64,000 bases of DNA from Eledone cirrhosa (GCA_964016885.1 OZ024742.1:378448001-378512000); one strand, 5' to 3'. Numbered from the stretch's first letter, positions 51,490 through 64,000 are shown. The notes: generated by a model from the letters alone, not told the origin. Program-made: numbers and translations.

Positions 51490-54400
51490 ATTGTATTGTA
51501 TTAATGTTGTGGTCATTTGTAGTCTATTGTAGCACTGAGCAGTCTATTGTATTAATGTTGTGGTCAATTTTAGCTCTATTGTAGCACTGAGCAGTCTATT
51601 GTATTAATGTTGTGGTCATTTGTAGTCTATTGTAGCACTGAGCAGTCTATTGTATTAATGTTGTGGTCATTTGTAGTCTATTGTAGCACTGAGCAGTGTA
51701 TTGTATTAATGTTGTGGTCATTTGTAGCTCTATTGTAGCACTGAGTAGTGTATTGTATTAATGTTGTGGTCATTTGTAGTCTATTGTAGCACTGACCATT
51801 CTATTGTATTAATGTTGTGGTCATTTGTAGCTCTATTGTAGCACTGAGCAGTCTATTGTATTAATGTTGTGGTCATTTGTAGCTCTATTGTATCACTGAG
51901 CAGTCTATTGTATTAATGTTGTGGTCATGTGTAGTCTATTGTAGCACTGAGCTGTCTATTGTATTAATGTTGTGGTCATTTGTAGCTCTATAGTAGCAAT
52001 GAGCAGTCTATTGTATTAATGTTGTGGTAATTTGTAGTCTATTGTAGCACTGAGCAGTGTATTGTATTAATATTGTGGTCATTTGTAGTCTATTGTAGCA
52101 CTGAGCAGTCTATTGTATTAATGTTGTGGTCATTTGTAGTCTATTGTAGCACTGAGCAGTCTATTGTATTAATGTTGTGGTCATTTGTAGCTCTATTATA
52201 GCACTGAGCAGTCTATTGTATTAATGTTGTGGTCATTTGAAGTCTATTGTAGCACTGAGCAGTCTATTGTATTAATGTTGTGGTCATTTGTAGTCTATTG
52301 TAGCACTGAGCAGTCTATTGTATTAATGTTGTGGTCATTTGTAGTCTATTGTAGCACTGAGCATGGTATTGTATTAATGTTGTGGTCATTTGTAGTCTAC
52401 TGTAGCACTGAGCAGTCTATTGTATTAATGTTGTGGTCATTTGTAGCTCTACTGTAGCACTGAGCAGTCTATTGTATTAATGTTGTGGTCATTTGTAGTC
52501 TATTGTAGCACTGAGCAGTCTATTGTATTAATGTTGTGGTCAATTGTAGCTCTATTGTAGCACTGAGCAGTCGATTGTATTAATGTTGTGGTCATTTGTA
52601 GTCTATTGTAGCACTGAGCAGTCTATTGTATTAATGTTGTGGTCATTTGTAGTCTATTGTAGCACTGAGCAGTGTATTGTATTAATGTTGTGGTCATTTG
52701 TAGCTCTATTCTAGCACTGAGTAGTGTATTGTATTAATGTTGTGGTCATTTGTAGTCTATTGTAGCACTGACCATTCTATTGTATTAATGTTGTGGTCAT
52801 TTGTAGCTCTATTGTAGCACTGAGCAGTCTATTGTATTAATGTTGTCGTCATTTGTAGCTCTATTGTATCACTGAGCAGTCTATTGTATTAATGTTGTGG
52901 TCATGTGTAGTCTATTGTAGCACTGAGCTGTCTATTGTATTAATGTTGTGGTCATTTGTAGCTCTATAGTAGCAATGAGCAGTCTATTGTATTAATGTTG
53001 TGGTAATTTGTAGTCTATTGTAGCACTGAGCAGTGTATTGTATTAATATTGTGGTCATTTGTAGTCTATTGTAGCACTGAGCAGTCTATTGTATTAATGT
53101 TGTGGTCATTTGTAGTCTATTGTAGCACTGAGCAGTCTATTGTATTAATGTTGTGGTCATTTGTAGCTCTATTATAGCACTGAGCAGTCTATTGTATTAA
53201 TGTTGTGGTCATTTGAAGTCTATTGTAGCACTGAGCAGTCTATTGTATTAATGTTGTGGTCATTTGTAGTCTATTGTAGCACTGAGCAGTCTATTGTATT
53301 AATGTTGTGGTCATTTGTAGTCTATTGTAGCACTGAGCATGGTATTGTATTAATGTTGTGGTCATTTGTAGTCTACTGTAGCACTGAGCAGTCTATTGTA
53401 TTAATGTTGTGGTCATTTGTAGCTCTATTGTAGCACTGAGCAGTCTATTGTATTAATGTTGTGGTCATTTGTAGTCTATTGTAGCACTGAGCAGTCTATT
53501 GTATTAATGCTGTGGTCAGTTATATTCTATTGTAGCACTGAGCAGACTATTGTATTAATGTTGTGGTCATTTGTAGTCTATTGTAGTACTGAGCAGTCTA
53601 TTTTATTAATGTTGTGGTCATTTGTAGCTCTATTGTAGCACTGAGCATTGTATTGTATTAATGTTGTGGTCATTTGTAGACTATTGTAGCACTGAGCAAT
53701 CTATTGTATTAATGTTGTGGTCATTTGTAGTACTATTGTAGCACTGAGCAGTCTATTGTATTAATGTTGTGGTCATTTGTAGTCTATTGTAGCACTGAGC
53801 AGTCTATTGTATTAATGTTGTGGTCATTTGTAGTCTATTGTAGCACTGAGCAGTGTATTGTATTAATGTTGTGGTCATTTGTAGCTCTATTGTAGCACTG
53901 AGCATTGTATTGTATTAATGTTGTGGTCATTTGTAGTCTATTGTAGCACTGAGCAGTCTATTGTATTAATGTTGTGGTCATTTGTAGTTCTATTGTAGCA
54001 CTGAGCAGTCTATTGTATTAATGTTGTGGTAATTTGTAGTCTATTGTAGCACTGAGCAGTGTATTGTATTAATGTTGTGGTAATTAGTAGTCTATTGTAG
54101 CACTGAGCAGTGTATTGTATTAATATTGTGGTCATTTGTAGTCTATTGTAGCACTGAGCCGTCTATTTTATTAATGTTGTGGTCATTTGTAGTCTATTGT
54201 AGCACTGAGCAGTCTATTTTATTAATGTTGTGGTCATTTGTAGTCTATTGTAGCACTGAGCAGTCTATTGAATTAATGTTGCGGTCATTTGTAGCTCTAT
54301 AGTAGCACTGAGCAGTCTATTGTATTAATGTTGTGGTCAGTTGTAGTCTATTGTAGCACTGAGCAGTCTATTGTATTAATGTTGTGGTCATTTGTAGTCT

Positions 54401-57400
54401 ATTGTAGCACTGAGCAGTCTGTTGTATTAATGTTGTGGTCATTTGTAGCTCTATTGTAGCACTGAGCAGTCTATTGTATTAATGTTGTGGTCATTTGTAG
54501 TCTATTGTAGCACTGAGCAGTGTATTGTATTAATGTTGTGGTCATTTGTAGCTCTATTGTAGCACTGAGTAGTGTATTGTATTAATGTTGTGGTCATTTG
54601 TAGTCTATTGTAGCACTGACCATTCTATTGTATTAATGTTGTGGTCATTTGTAGCTCTATTGTAGCACTGAGCAGTCTATTGTATTAATGTTGTCGTCAT
54701 TTGTAGCTCTATTGTATCACTGAGCAGTCTATTGTATTAATGTTGTGGTCATGTGTAGTCTATTGTAGCACTGAGCTGTCTATTGTATTAATGTTGTGGT
54801 CATTTGTAGCTCTATAGTAGCAATGAGCAGTCTATTGTATTAATGTTGTGGTAATTTGTAGTCTATTGTAGCACTGAGCAGTGTATTGTATTAATATTGT
54901 GGTCATTTGTAGTCTATTGTAGCACTGAGCAGTCTATTGTATTAATGTTGTGGTCATTTGTAGTCTATTGTAGCACTGAGCAGTCTATTGTATTAATGTT
55001 GTGGTCATTTGTAGCTCTATTATAGCACTGAGCAGTCTATTGTATTAATGTTGTGGTCATTTGAAGTCTATTGTAGCACTGAGCAGTCTATTGTATTAAT
55101 GCTGTGGTCATTTGTAGTCTATTGTAGCACTGAGCAGTCTATTGTATTAATGTTGTGGTCATTTGTAGTCTATTGTAGCACTGAGCATGGAATTGTATTA
55201 ATGTTGTGGTCATTTGTAGTCTACTGTAGCACTGAGCAGTCTATTGTATTAATGTTGTGGTCATTTGTAGCTCTATTGTAGCACTGAGCAGTCTATTGTA
55301 TTAATGTTGTGGTCATTTGTAGTCTATTGTAGCACTGAGCAGTCTATTGTATTAATGCTGTGGTCAGTTATATTCTATTATAGCACTGAGCATACTATTG
55401 TATTAATGTTGTGGTCATTTGTAGTCTATTGTAGTACTGAGCAGTCTATTTTATTAATGTTGTGGTCATTTGTAGCTCAATTGTAGCACTGAGCATTGTA
55501 TTGTATTAATGTTGTGGTCATTTGTAGTCTATTGTAGCACTGAGCAATCTATTGTATTAATGTTGTGGTCATTTGTAGTACTATTGTAGCACTGAGCAGT
55601 CTATTGTATTAATGTTGTGGTCATTTGTAGTCTATTGTAGCACTGAGCAGTCTATTGTATTAATGTTGTGGTCATTTGTAGTCTATTGTAGCACTGAGCA
55701 GTGTATTGTATTAATGTTGTGGTCATTTGTAGTCTATTGTAGCACTGAGCAGTCTATTGTATTAATGTTGTGGTCATTTGTAGTCTATTGTAGCACTGAG
55801 CATGGTATTGTATTAATGTTGTGGTCATTTGTAGTCTACTGTAGCACTGAGCAGTCTATTGTATTAATGTTGTGGTCATTTGTAGCTCTATTGTAGCACT
55901 GAGCAGTCTATTGTATTAATGTTGTGGTCATTTGTAGTCTATTGTAGCACTGAGCAGTCTATTGTATTAATGCTGTGGTCAGTTATATTCTATTGTAGCA
56001 CTGAGCAGACTATTGTATTAATGTTGTGGTCATTTGTAGTCTATTGTAGTACTGAGCAGTCTATTTTATTAATGTTGTGGTCATTTGTAGCTCTATTGTA
56101 GCACTGAGCATTGTATTGTATTAATGTTGTGGTCATTTGTAGACTATTGTAGCACTGAGCAATCTATTGTATTAATGTTGTGGTCATTTGTAGTACTATT
56201 GTAGCACTGAGCAGTCTATTGTATTAATGTTGTGGTCATTTGTAGTCTATTGTAGCACTGAGCAGTCTATTGTATTAATGTTGTGGTCATTTGTAGTCTA
56301 TTGTAGCACTGAGCAGTGTATTGTATTAATGTTGTGGTCATTTGTAGCTCTATTGTAGCACTGAGCATTGTATTGTATTAATGTTGTGGTCATTTGTAGT
56401 CTATTGTAGCACTGAGCAGTCTATTGTATTAATGTTGTGGTCATTTGTAGTTCTATTGTAGCACTGAGCAGTCTATTGTATTAATGTTGTGGTAATTTGT
56501 AGTCTATTGTAGCACTGAGCAGTGTATTGTATTAATGTTGTGGTAATTAGTAGTCTATTGTAGCACTGAGCAGTGTATTGTATTAATATTGTGGTCATTT
56601 GTAGTCTATTGTAGCACTGAGCCGTCTATTTTATTAATGTTGTGGTCATTTGTAGTCTATTGTAGCACTGAGCAGTCTATTGAATTAATGTTGTGGTCAT
56701 TTGTAGTCTATTGTAGCACTGAGCAGTCTGTTGTATTAATGTTGTGGTCATTTGTAGTCTATTGTAGCACTGAGCAGTCTGTTGTATTAATGTTGTGGTC
56801 ATTTGTAGCTCTATTGTAGCACTGAGCAGTCTATTGTATTAATGTTGTGGTCATTTGTAGTCTATTGTAGCACTGAGCAGTGTATTGTATTAATGTTGTG
56901 GTCATTTGTAGCTCTATTGTAGCACTGAGTAGTGTATTGTATTAATGTTGTGGTCATTTGTAGCTCTATTGTAGCACTGAGCAGTCTATTGTATTAATGT
57001 TGTGGTCATTTGTAGTCTATTGTAGCACTGAGCAGTCTGTTGTATTAATGTTGTGGTCATTTGTAGCTCTATTGTAGCACTGAGCAGTCTATTGTATTAA
57101 TGTTGTGGTCATTTGTAGTCTATTGTAGCACTGAGCAGTGTATTGTATTAATGTTGTGGTCATTTGTAGCTCTATTGTAGCACTGAGTAGTGTATTGTAT
57201 TAATGTTGTGGTCATTTGTAGTCTATTGTAGCACTGACCATTCTATTATATTAATGTTGTGGTCATTTGTAGCTCTATTGTAGCACTGAGCAGTCTATTG
57301 TATTAATGTTGTCGTCATTTGTAGCTCTATTGTATCACTGAGCAGTCTATTGTATTAATGTTGTGGTCATGTGTAGTCTATTGTAGCACTGAGCTGTCTA

Positions 57401-58700
57401 TTGTATTAATGTTGTGGTCATTTGTAGCTCTATAGTAGCAATGAGCAGTCTATTGTATTAATGTTGTGGTAATTTGTAGTCTATTGTAGCACTGAGCAGT
57501 GTATTGTATTAATATTGTGGTCATTTGTAGTCTATTGTAGCACTGAGCAGTCTATTGTATTAATGTTGTGGTCATTTGTAGTCTATTGTAGCACTGAGCA
57601 GTCTATTGTATTAATGTTGTGGTCATTTGTAGCTCTATTATAGCACTGAGCAGTCTATTGTATTAATGTTGTGGTCATTTGAAGTCTATTGTAGCACTGA
57701 GCAGTCTATTGTATTAATGCTGTGGTCATTTGTAGTCTATTGTAGCACTGAGCAGTCTATTGTATTAATGTTGTGGTCATTTGTAGTCTATTGTAGCACT
57801 GAGCATGGAATTGTATTAATGTTGTGGTCATTTGTAGTCTACTGTAGCACTGAGCAGTCTATTGTATTAATGTTGTGGTCATTTGTAGCTCTATTGTAGC
57901 ACTGAGCAGTCTATTGTATTAATGTTGTGGTCATTTGTAGTCTATTGTAGCACTGAGCAGTCTATTGTATTAATGCTGTGGTCAGTTATATTCTATTGTA
58001 GCACTGAGCATACTATTGTATTAATGTTGTGGTCATTTGTAGTCTATTGTAGTACTGAGCAGTCTATTTTATTAATGTTGTGGTCATTTGTAGCTCAATT
58101 GTAGCACTGAGCATTGTATTGTATTAATGTTGTGGTCATTTGTAGTCTATTGTAGCACTGAGCAATCTATTGTATTAATGTTGTGGTCATTTGTAGTACT
58201 ATTGTAGCACTGAGCAGTCTATTGTATTAATGTTGTGGTCATTTGTAGTCTATTGTAGCACTGAGCAGTCTATTGTATTAATGTTGTGGTCATTTGTAGT
58301 CTATTGTAGCACTGAGCAGTGTATTGTATTAATGTTGTGGTCATTTGTAGCTCTATTGTAGCACTGAGCATTGTATTGTATTAATGTTGTGGTCATTTGT
58401 AGTCTATTGTAGCACTGAGCAGTCTATTGTATTAATGTTGTGGTCATTTGTAGTTCTATTGTAGCACTGAGCAGTCTATTGTATTAATGTTGTGGTAATT
58501 TGTAGTCTATTGTAGCACTGAGCAGTGTATTGTATTAATGTTGTGGTAATTAGTAGTCTATTGTAGCACTGAGCAGTGTATTGTATTAATATTGTGGTCA
58601 TTTGTAGTCTATTGTAGCACTGAGCAGTCTATTTTATTAATGTTGTGGTCATTTGTAGTCTATTGTAGCACTGAGCAGTCTATTGAATTAATGTTGTGGT
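51490..58700 (+). repeat. Patchwork domain of overlapping duplications (offsets 976, 1848, 2463, 2618 bp)
   Basis: GACCATT at 51794, 52770, 54618 and 57236. ORF offsets: 52224/53200 (976), 53200/55048 (1848), 55048/57666 (2618), 53456/55919 (2463). Domain-restricted markers are CATGTGTAG, GAGCATGG and GTCTACTGTAG. Confidence 0.85.
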
Positions 58701-61700
58701 CATTTGAAGCTCTATTGTAGCACTGAGCAGTCTATTGTATTAATGTTGTGGTCATTTGTAGTCTATTGTAGCACTGAGCAGTCTGTTGTATTAATGTTGT
58801 GGTCATTTGTAGCTCTATTGTAGCACTGAGCAGTCTATTGTATTAATGTTGTGGTCATTTGTAGTCTGTGGTAGCACTGAGCAGTCTGTTGTATTAATGT
58901 TGTGGTCATTTGTAGCTTTATTGTAGAACTGAGCACTCTATTGTATTAATGTTGTGGTCATTTGCAGCTCTATTATAGCACTGAGCCGTGTATTGTAATA
59001 GTGTTGTGGTCATTTGTAGCTCTATTGTAGCACTGAGCAATCTATTGTATTAATGTTGTGGTCAGTTGTATTCTATTGTAGCACTGAGCAGACTATTGTA
59101 TTAATGTTGTGGTCATTTGTAGTATATTGTAGTTCTGAGCAGTCTATTGTATTGATGCTGTGGTCATTTGTAGTCTATTGTAGCACTGAGCAGTCTATTG
59201 TATTAATGTTTTGGTCATTTGTAGTCTATTGTAGCACTGAGCAGTCTATTGTATTAATGTTGTGGTCATCCGTAGTCTATTGTAGCACTGAGCAGTCTAT
59301 TGTATTAATGTTGTGGTCATTTGTAGCTCTATTGTAGCACTGAGCAGTCTATTGTATTAATGTTGTGGTCATTTGTTACTCTATTGTAGCACTGAGCAGT
59401 CTATTGTATTAATGTTGTGGTCATTTGTAGCTCTATTTTAGCACCGAGCAGTCTATTGTATTAATGTTGTGGTCATTTGTAGTCTATTGTAGCACTGAGC
59501 AGTATATTGTATTAGTGTTGTGGTCATTTGTAGCTCTATAGTAGCACTGAGCAGTCTATTGTATTAATGTTGTGGTCAGTTGTAGTCTATTGTAGCACTG
59601 AGCAGACTATTGTATTAATGTTGTGATCATTTGTAGTATATTGTAGTTCTGAGCAGTCTATTGTATTGATGTTGTAGTCATTTGTAGTCTATTGTAGCAC
59701 TGAGCAGTCTATTGTATTAATGTTGTGGTCATTTGTAGTCTATTGTAGCACTGAGCAGTCTATTGTATTAATGTTGTGGTCATTTGTAGTCTATTGTAGC
59801 ACTGAGCAGTCTATTGTATTAATGTTGTGGTCATTTGTAGCTCTATTGCAGCACTGAGCAGTCTATTATATTAATGTTGTGGTCATTTGTAGCTCTATTG
59901 TAGCACTGAGCAGTCTATTGTATTAATGTTGTGGTCATTTGTAGCTCTATTGTAGCACTGAGCAGTCTATTGTATTAATGTTGTGGTCATTTGTAGTCTA
60001 TTGTAGCACTGAGCAGTCTATTGTATTAATGTTGTGGTCATTTGTAGCTCTATTGTAGCACTGAGCAGTCTATTGTATTAATGTTGTGGTCATTTGTAGC
60101 TCTATTGTAGCACTGAGCAGTCTATTGTATTAATGTTGTGGTCATTTGTAGTCTATTGTAGCACTGAGCAGTCTATTGTATTAGTGTTGTGGTCATTTGT
60201 AGCTCTATAGTAGCACTGAGCAGTCTATTGTATTAATGTTGTGGTCAGTTGTATTCTATTGTAGCACTGAGCAGACTATTGTATTAATGTTGTGGTCATT
60301 TGTAGTATATTGTAATTCTGAGCAGTCTATTGTATTGATGTTGTGGTCATTTGTAGTCTATTGTAGCACTGATCAGTCTATTGTATTAATGTTGTGGTCA
60401 TTTGTAGTCTATTGTAGCACTGAGCAGTCTATTGTATTAATGTTGTGGTCATTTGTAGTCTATTGTAGCACTGAGCAGTCTATTGTATTAATGTTGTGGT
60501 CATTTGTAGCTCTATTGTAGCAATGAGTAGTCTATTATATTAATGTTGTGGTCATTTGGAGTCTATTGTGGCACTGAGCAGTCTATTGTATTAGTGTTTT
60601 GGTCATTTGTAGCTCTATTGAAGCACTGAGCAGTCTATTGTATTAATGTTGTGGTCAGTTGTAGTCTATTGTAGCACTGAGCGGTCTATTGTATTAATGT
60701 TGTGGTCATTTGTAGCTCTATTGTAGCACTGAGCAGTCTATTGTATTAATGTTGTGGTCATTTGTAGCTCTATTGTAGCACTGAGCATTGTATTGTATTA
60801 ATGTTGTGGTCATTTGTAGTCTATTGTAGCACTGTGCAGTCAATTGTATTAATGTTGTGGTCATTTGTAGCTCTATTGTAATTCTGAGCAGTCTATTGTA
60901 TTGTTGTTGTGGTCATTTGTAATCTATTGTAGCACTGATCAGTCTATTGTATTAATGTTGTGGTCAGTTGTATTCTATTGTAGCACTGAGCAGACTATTG
61001 TATTAATGTTGTGATCATTTGTAGTATATTGTAGTTCTGAGCAGTCTATTGTATTGATGTTGTAGTCATTTGTAGTCTATTGTAGCACTGAGCAGTCTAT
61101 TGTATTAATGTTGTGGTCATTTGTAGTCTATTGTAGCACTGAGCAGTCTATTGTATTTATGTTGTGGTCATTTGTAGTCTATTGTAGCACTGAGCAGTCT
61201 ATTGTATTAATGTTGTGGTCATTTGTAGCTCTATTGCAGCACTGAGCAGTCTATTATATTAATGTTGTGGTCATTTGTAGCTCTATTGTAGCACTGAGCA
61301 GTCTATTGTATTAATGTTGTGGTCATTTGTAGCTCTATTGTAGCACTGAGCAGTCTATTGTATTAATGTTGTGGTCATTTGTAGTCTATTGTAGCACTGA
61401 GCAGTCTATTGTATTAGTGTTGTGGTCATTTGTAGCTCTATAGTAGCACTGAGCAGTCTATTGTATTAATGTTGTGGTCAGTTGTATTCTATTGTAGCAC
61501 TGAGCAGACTATTGTATTGATGTTGTGGTCATTTGTAGTCTATTGTAGCACTGATCAGTCTATTGTATTAATGTTGTGGTCATTTGTAGTCTATTGTAGC
61601 ACTGAGCAGTCTATTGTATTAATGTTGTGGTCATTTGTAGTCTATTGTAGCACTGAGCAGTCTATTGTATTCATGTTGTGGTCATTTGTAGCTCTATTGT

Positions 61701-61741
61701 AGCACTGAGCAGTCTATTATATTAATGTTGTGGTCATTTGG

Positions 61742-63592
61742 AGTCTATTGTAGCACTGAGCAGTCTATTGTATTAGTGTTTTGGTCATTTGTAGCTCTAT
61801 TGTAGCACTGTGCAGTCTATTGTATTAATGTTGTGGTCAGTTGTAGTCTATTGTAGCACTGAGCAGTCTATTGTATTAATGTTGTGGTCATTTGTAGCTC
61901 TATTGTAGCACTGAGCAGTCTATTGTATTAATGTTGTGGTCATTTGTAGCTCTATTGTAGCACTGAGCATTGTATTGTATTAATGTTGTGGTCATTTGTA
62001 GTCTATTGTAGCACTGAGCAGTCAATTGTATTAATGTTGTGGTCATTTGTAGCTCTCTTGTAGCACTGAGCAGTCTATTGTATTAATGTTGTGGTCATTT
62101 GTAGCTCTATTATAGCACTGAGCCGTGTATTGTAATAGTGTTGTGGTCATTTGTAGCTCTATTGTAGCACTGAACAATCTATTGTATTAATGTTGTGGTC
62201 AGTTGTATTCTATTGTAGCACTGAGCAGACTATTGTATTAATGTTGTGGTCATTTGTAGTATATTGTAGTTCTGAGCAGTCTATTGTATTGATGCTGTGG
62301 TCATTTGTAGTCTATTGTAGCACTGAGCAGTCTATTGTATTAATGTTTTGGTCATTTGTAGTCTATTGTAGCACTGAGCAGTCTATTGTATTGATGTTGT
62401 GGTCATCCGTAGTCTATTGTAACACTGAGCAGTCTATTGTATTAATGTTGTGGTTATTTGTAGCTCTATTGTAGCACTGAGCAGTCTATTATATTAATGT
62501 TGTGGTCATTTGTAGTCTATTGTAGCACTGAGCAGTCTGTTGTATTAATGTTGTGGTCATTTGTAGCTCTATTGTAGCACTGAGCAGTCTATTGTATTAA
62601 TGTTGTGGTCATTTGTAGCTCTATTGTAGCACTGAGCAGTCTATTGTATTAATGTTGTGGTCATTTGTAGTCTATTGTAGCACTGAGCAGTCTATTGTAT
62701 TAGTGTTTTGGTCATTTGTAGCTCTATTGTAGCACTGTGCAGTCTATTGTATTAATGTTGTGGTCAGTTGTAGTCTATTGTAGCACTGAGCAGTCTATTG
62801 TATTAATGTTGTGGTCATTTGTAGCTCTATTGTAGCACTGAGCAGTCTATTGTATTAATGTTGTGGTCATTTGTAGCTCTATTGTAGCACTGAGCATTGT
62901 ATTGTATTAATGTTGTGGTCATTTGTAGTCTATTGTAGCACTGAGCAGTCAATTGTATTAATGTTGTGGTCATTTGTAGCTCTCTTGTAGCACTGAGCAG
63001 TCTATTGTATTAATGTTGTGGTCATTTGTAGCTCTATTATAGCACTGAGCCGTGTATTGTAATAGTGTTGTGGTCATTTGTAGCTCTATTGTAGCACTGA
63101 ACAATCTATTGTATTAATGTTGTGGTCAGTTGTATTCTATTGTAGCACTGAGCAGACTATTGTATTAATGTTGTGGTCATTTGTAGTATATTGTAGTTCT
63201 GAGCAGTCTATTGTATTGATGCTGTGGTCATTTGTAGTCTATTGTAGCACTGAGCAGTCTATTGTATTAATGTTTTGGTCATTTGTAGTCTATTGTAGCA
63301 CTGAGCAGTCTATTGTATTGATGTTGTGGTCATCCGTAGTCTATTGTAACACTGAGCAGTCTATTGTATTAATGTTGTGGTTATTTGTAGCTCTATTGTA
63401 GCACTGAGCAGTCTATTATATTAATGTTGTGGTCATTTGTAGTCTATTGTAGCACTGAGCAGTCTGTTGTATTAATGTTGTGGTCATTTGTAGCTCTATT
63501 GTAGCACTGAGCAGTCTATTGTATTAATGTTGTGGTCATTTGTAGCTCTATTGTAGCACTGAGCAGTCTATTGTATTAATGTTGTGGTCATT
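61742..63592 (+). repeat. Tandem duplication of a 927-bp unit (18 monomers)
   Basis: ORFs 62190 and 63117 are identical. The markers CACTGTGCAG, AGTCAATT, CTCTCTTG and GAACAATCT each recur at +927. Confidence 0.9.
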
Positions 63593-64000
63593 TGTTATCT
63601 ATTGTAGCACTGAGCAGTCTATTGTATTAGTGTTGTGGTCATTTGTAGCTCTATAGTAGCACTGAGCAGTCTATTGTATTAATGTTGTGGTCAGTTGTAT
63701 TCTATTGTAGCACTGAGCAGACTATTGTATTGATGTTGTGGTCATTTGTAGTCTATTGTAGCACTGATCAGTCTATTGTATTAATGTTGTGGTCATTTGT
63801 AGTCTATTGTAGCACTGAGCAGTCTATTGTATTAATGTTGTGGTCATTTGTAGTCTATTGTAGCACTGAGCAGTCTATTCTATTCATGTTGTGGTCATTT
63901 GTAGCTCTATTGTAGCACTGAGCAGTCTATTATATTAATGTTGTGGTCATTTGGAGTCTATTGTAGCACTGAGCAGTCTATTGTATTAGTGTTTTGGTCA

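Larger units (their letters stand above)
1..64000 (+). repeat. Tandem satellite DNA array, 51/52-bp monomer, ~1,240 copies, running off both window ends
   Basis: The unit ATGTTGTGGTCATTTGTAG(C)TCTATTGTAGCACTGAGCAGTCTATTGTATTA recurs head-to-tail on every line with few substitutions per copy. The 51-mer consensus has 22 T, 12 G, 11 A and 6 C (35% GC). No inversion or foreign insertion was seen. Confidence 0.99.

Noticed and set aside
2614-63915. Dozens of short + strand ORFs encoding (MLWSFVVYCSTEQSIVL)n hydrophobic Cys-containing peptides
   Set aside because: They arise because 51 is divisible by 3 and one frame lacks stops. Nearly all end at the next 52-mer frameshift (FVALL*). Nonsense variants (TGA, TAA, TAG) occur freely, and no unique flanks or regulatory context exist.
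1-64000. CRISPR array or diversity-generating cassette system
   Set aside because: There are no unique spacers, no leader and no cas, recombinase or reverse transcriptase gene; the entire unit is repeated.
1-64000. Programmed frameshift or phase-variable giant repeat protein encoded through the 51/52 switch
   Set aside because: It would need a frameshift about every second monomer and has no recognisable slippery site. Ordinary satellite evolution explains the pattern.
1-64000. Assignment as a functional centromere, telomere repeat or named satellite family
   Set aside because: I recognise no CENP-B box, telomeric hexamer or family consensus. Assignment needs a database search and chromatin data.
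1-64000. Arrays of TGTGGT (RUNX-like) and TAAT/ATTAAT (homeodomain-like) motifs, or a structured RNA repeat
   Set aside because: Such short motifs are expected by chance in any 51-mer and are multiplied by the repeat. I found no convincing long hairpin or tRNA/5S/snRNA similarity.

Overview
The whole 64 kb window is one uninterrupted, single-orientation, head-to-tail satellite DNA array of about 1,240 monomers (64,000 / ~51.5 bp). The consensus is ATGTTGTGGTCATTTGTAG(C)TCTATTGTAGCACTGAGCAGTCTATTGTATTA, present as interspersed 51-bp and 52-bp classes that differ by one C. I saw no genes, RNA genes, transposons, CRISPR spacers or unique sequence. All listed ORFs are by-products of the stop-free 17-codon frame of the 51-mer. 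The structure is multi-scale. Each monomer is five diverged ~10-bp subunits. Variant monomers recur in fixed-order cassettes. Nested tandem duplications of about 0.1, 0.93, 0.98, 1.4, 2.0, 2.3, 3.5, 7.3 and 9.1 kb can be read from rare variants. Related variant sets flank a central expanded layer. This is most consistent with eukaryotic heterochromatic (possibly peri/centromeric or subtelomeric) satellite. I cannot name the organism or satellite family, and I found no evidence of a novel protein-coding system. Offsets come from marker or ORF positions; block boundaries were placed by eye and are approximate.
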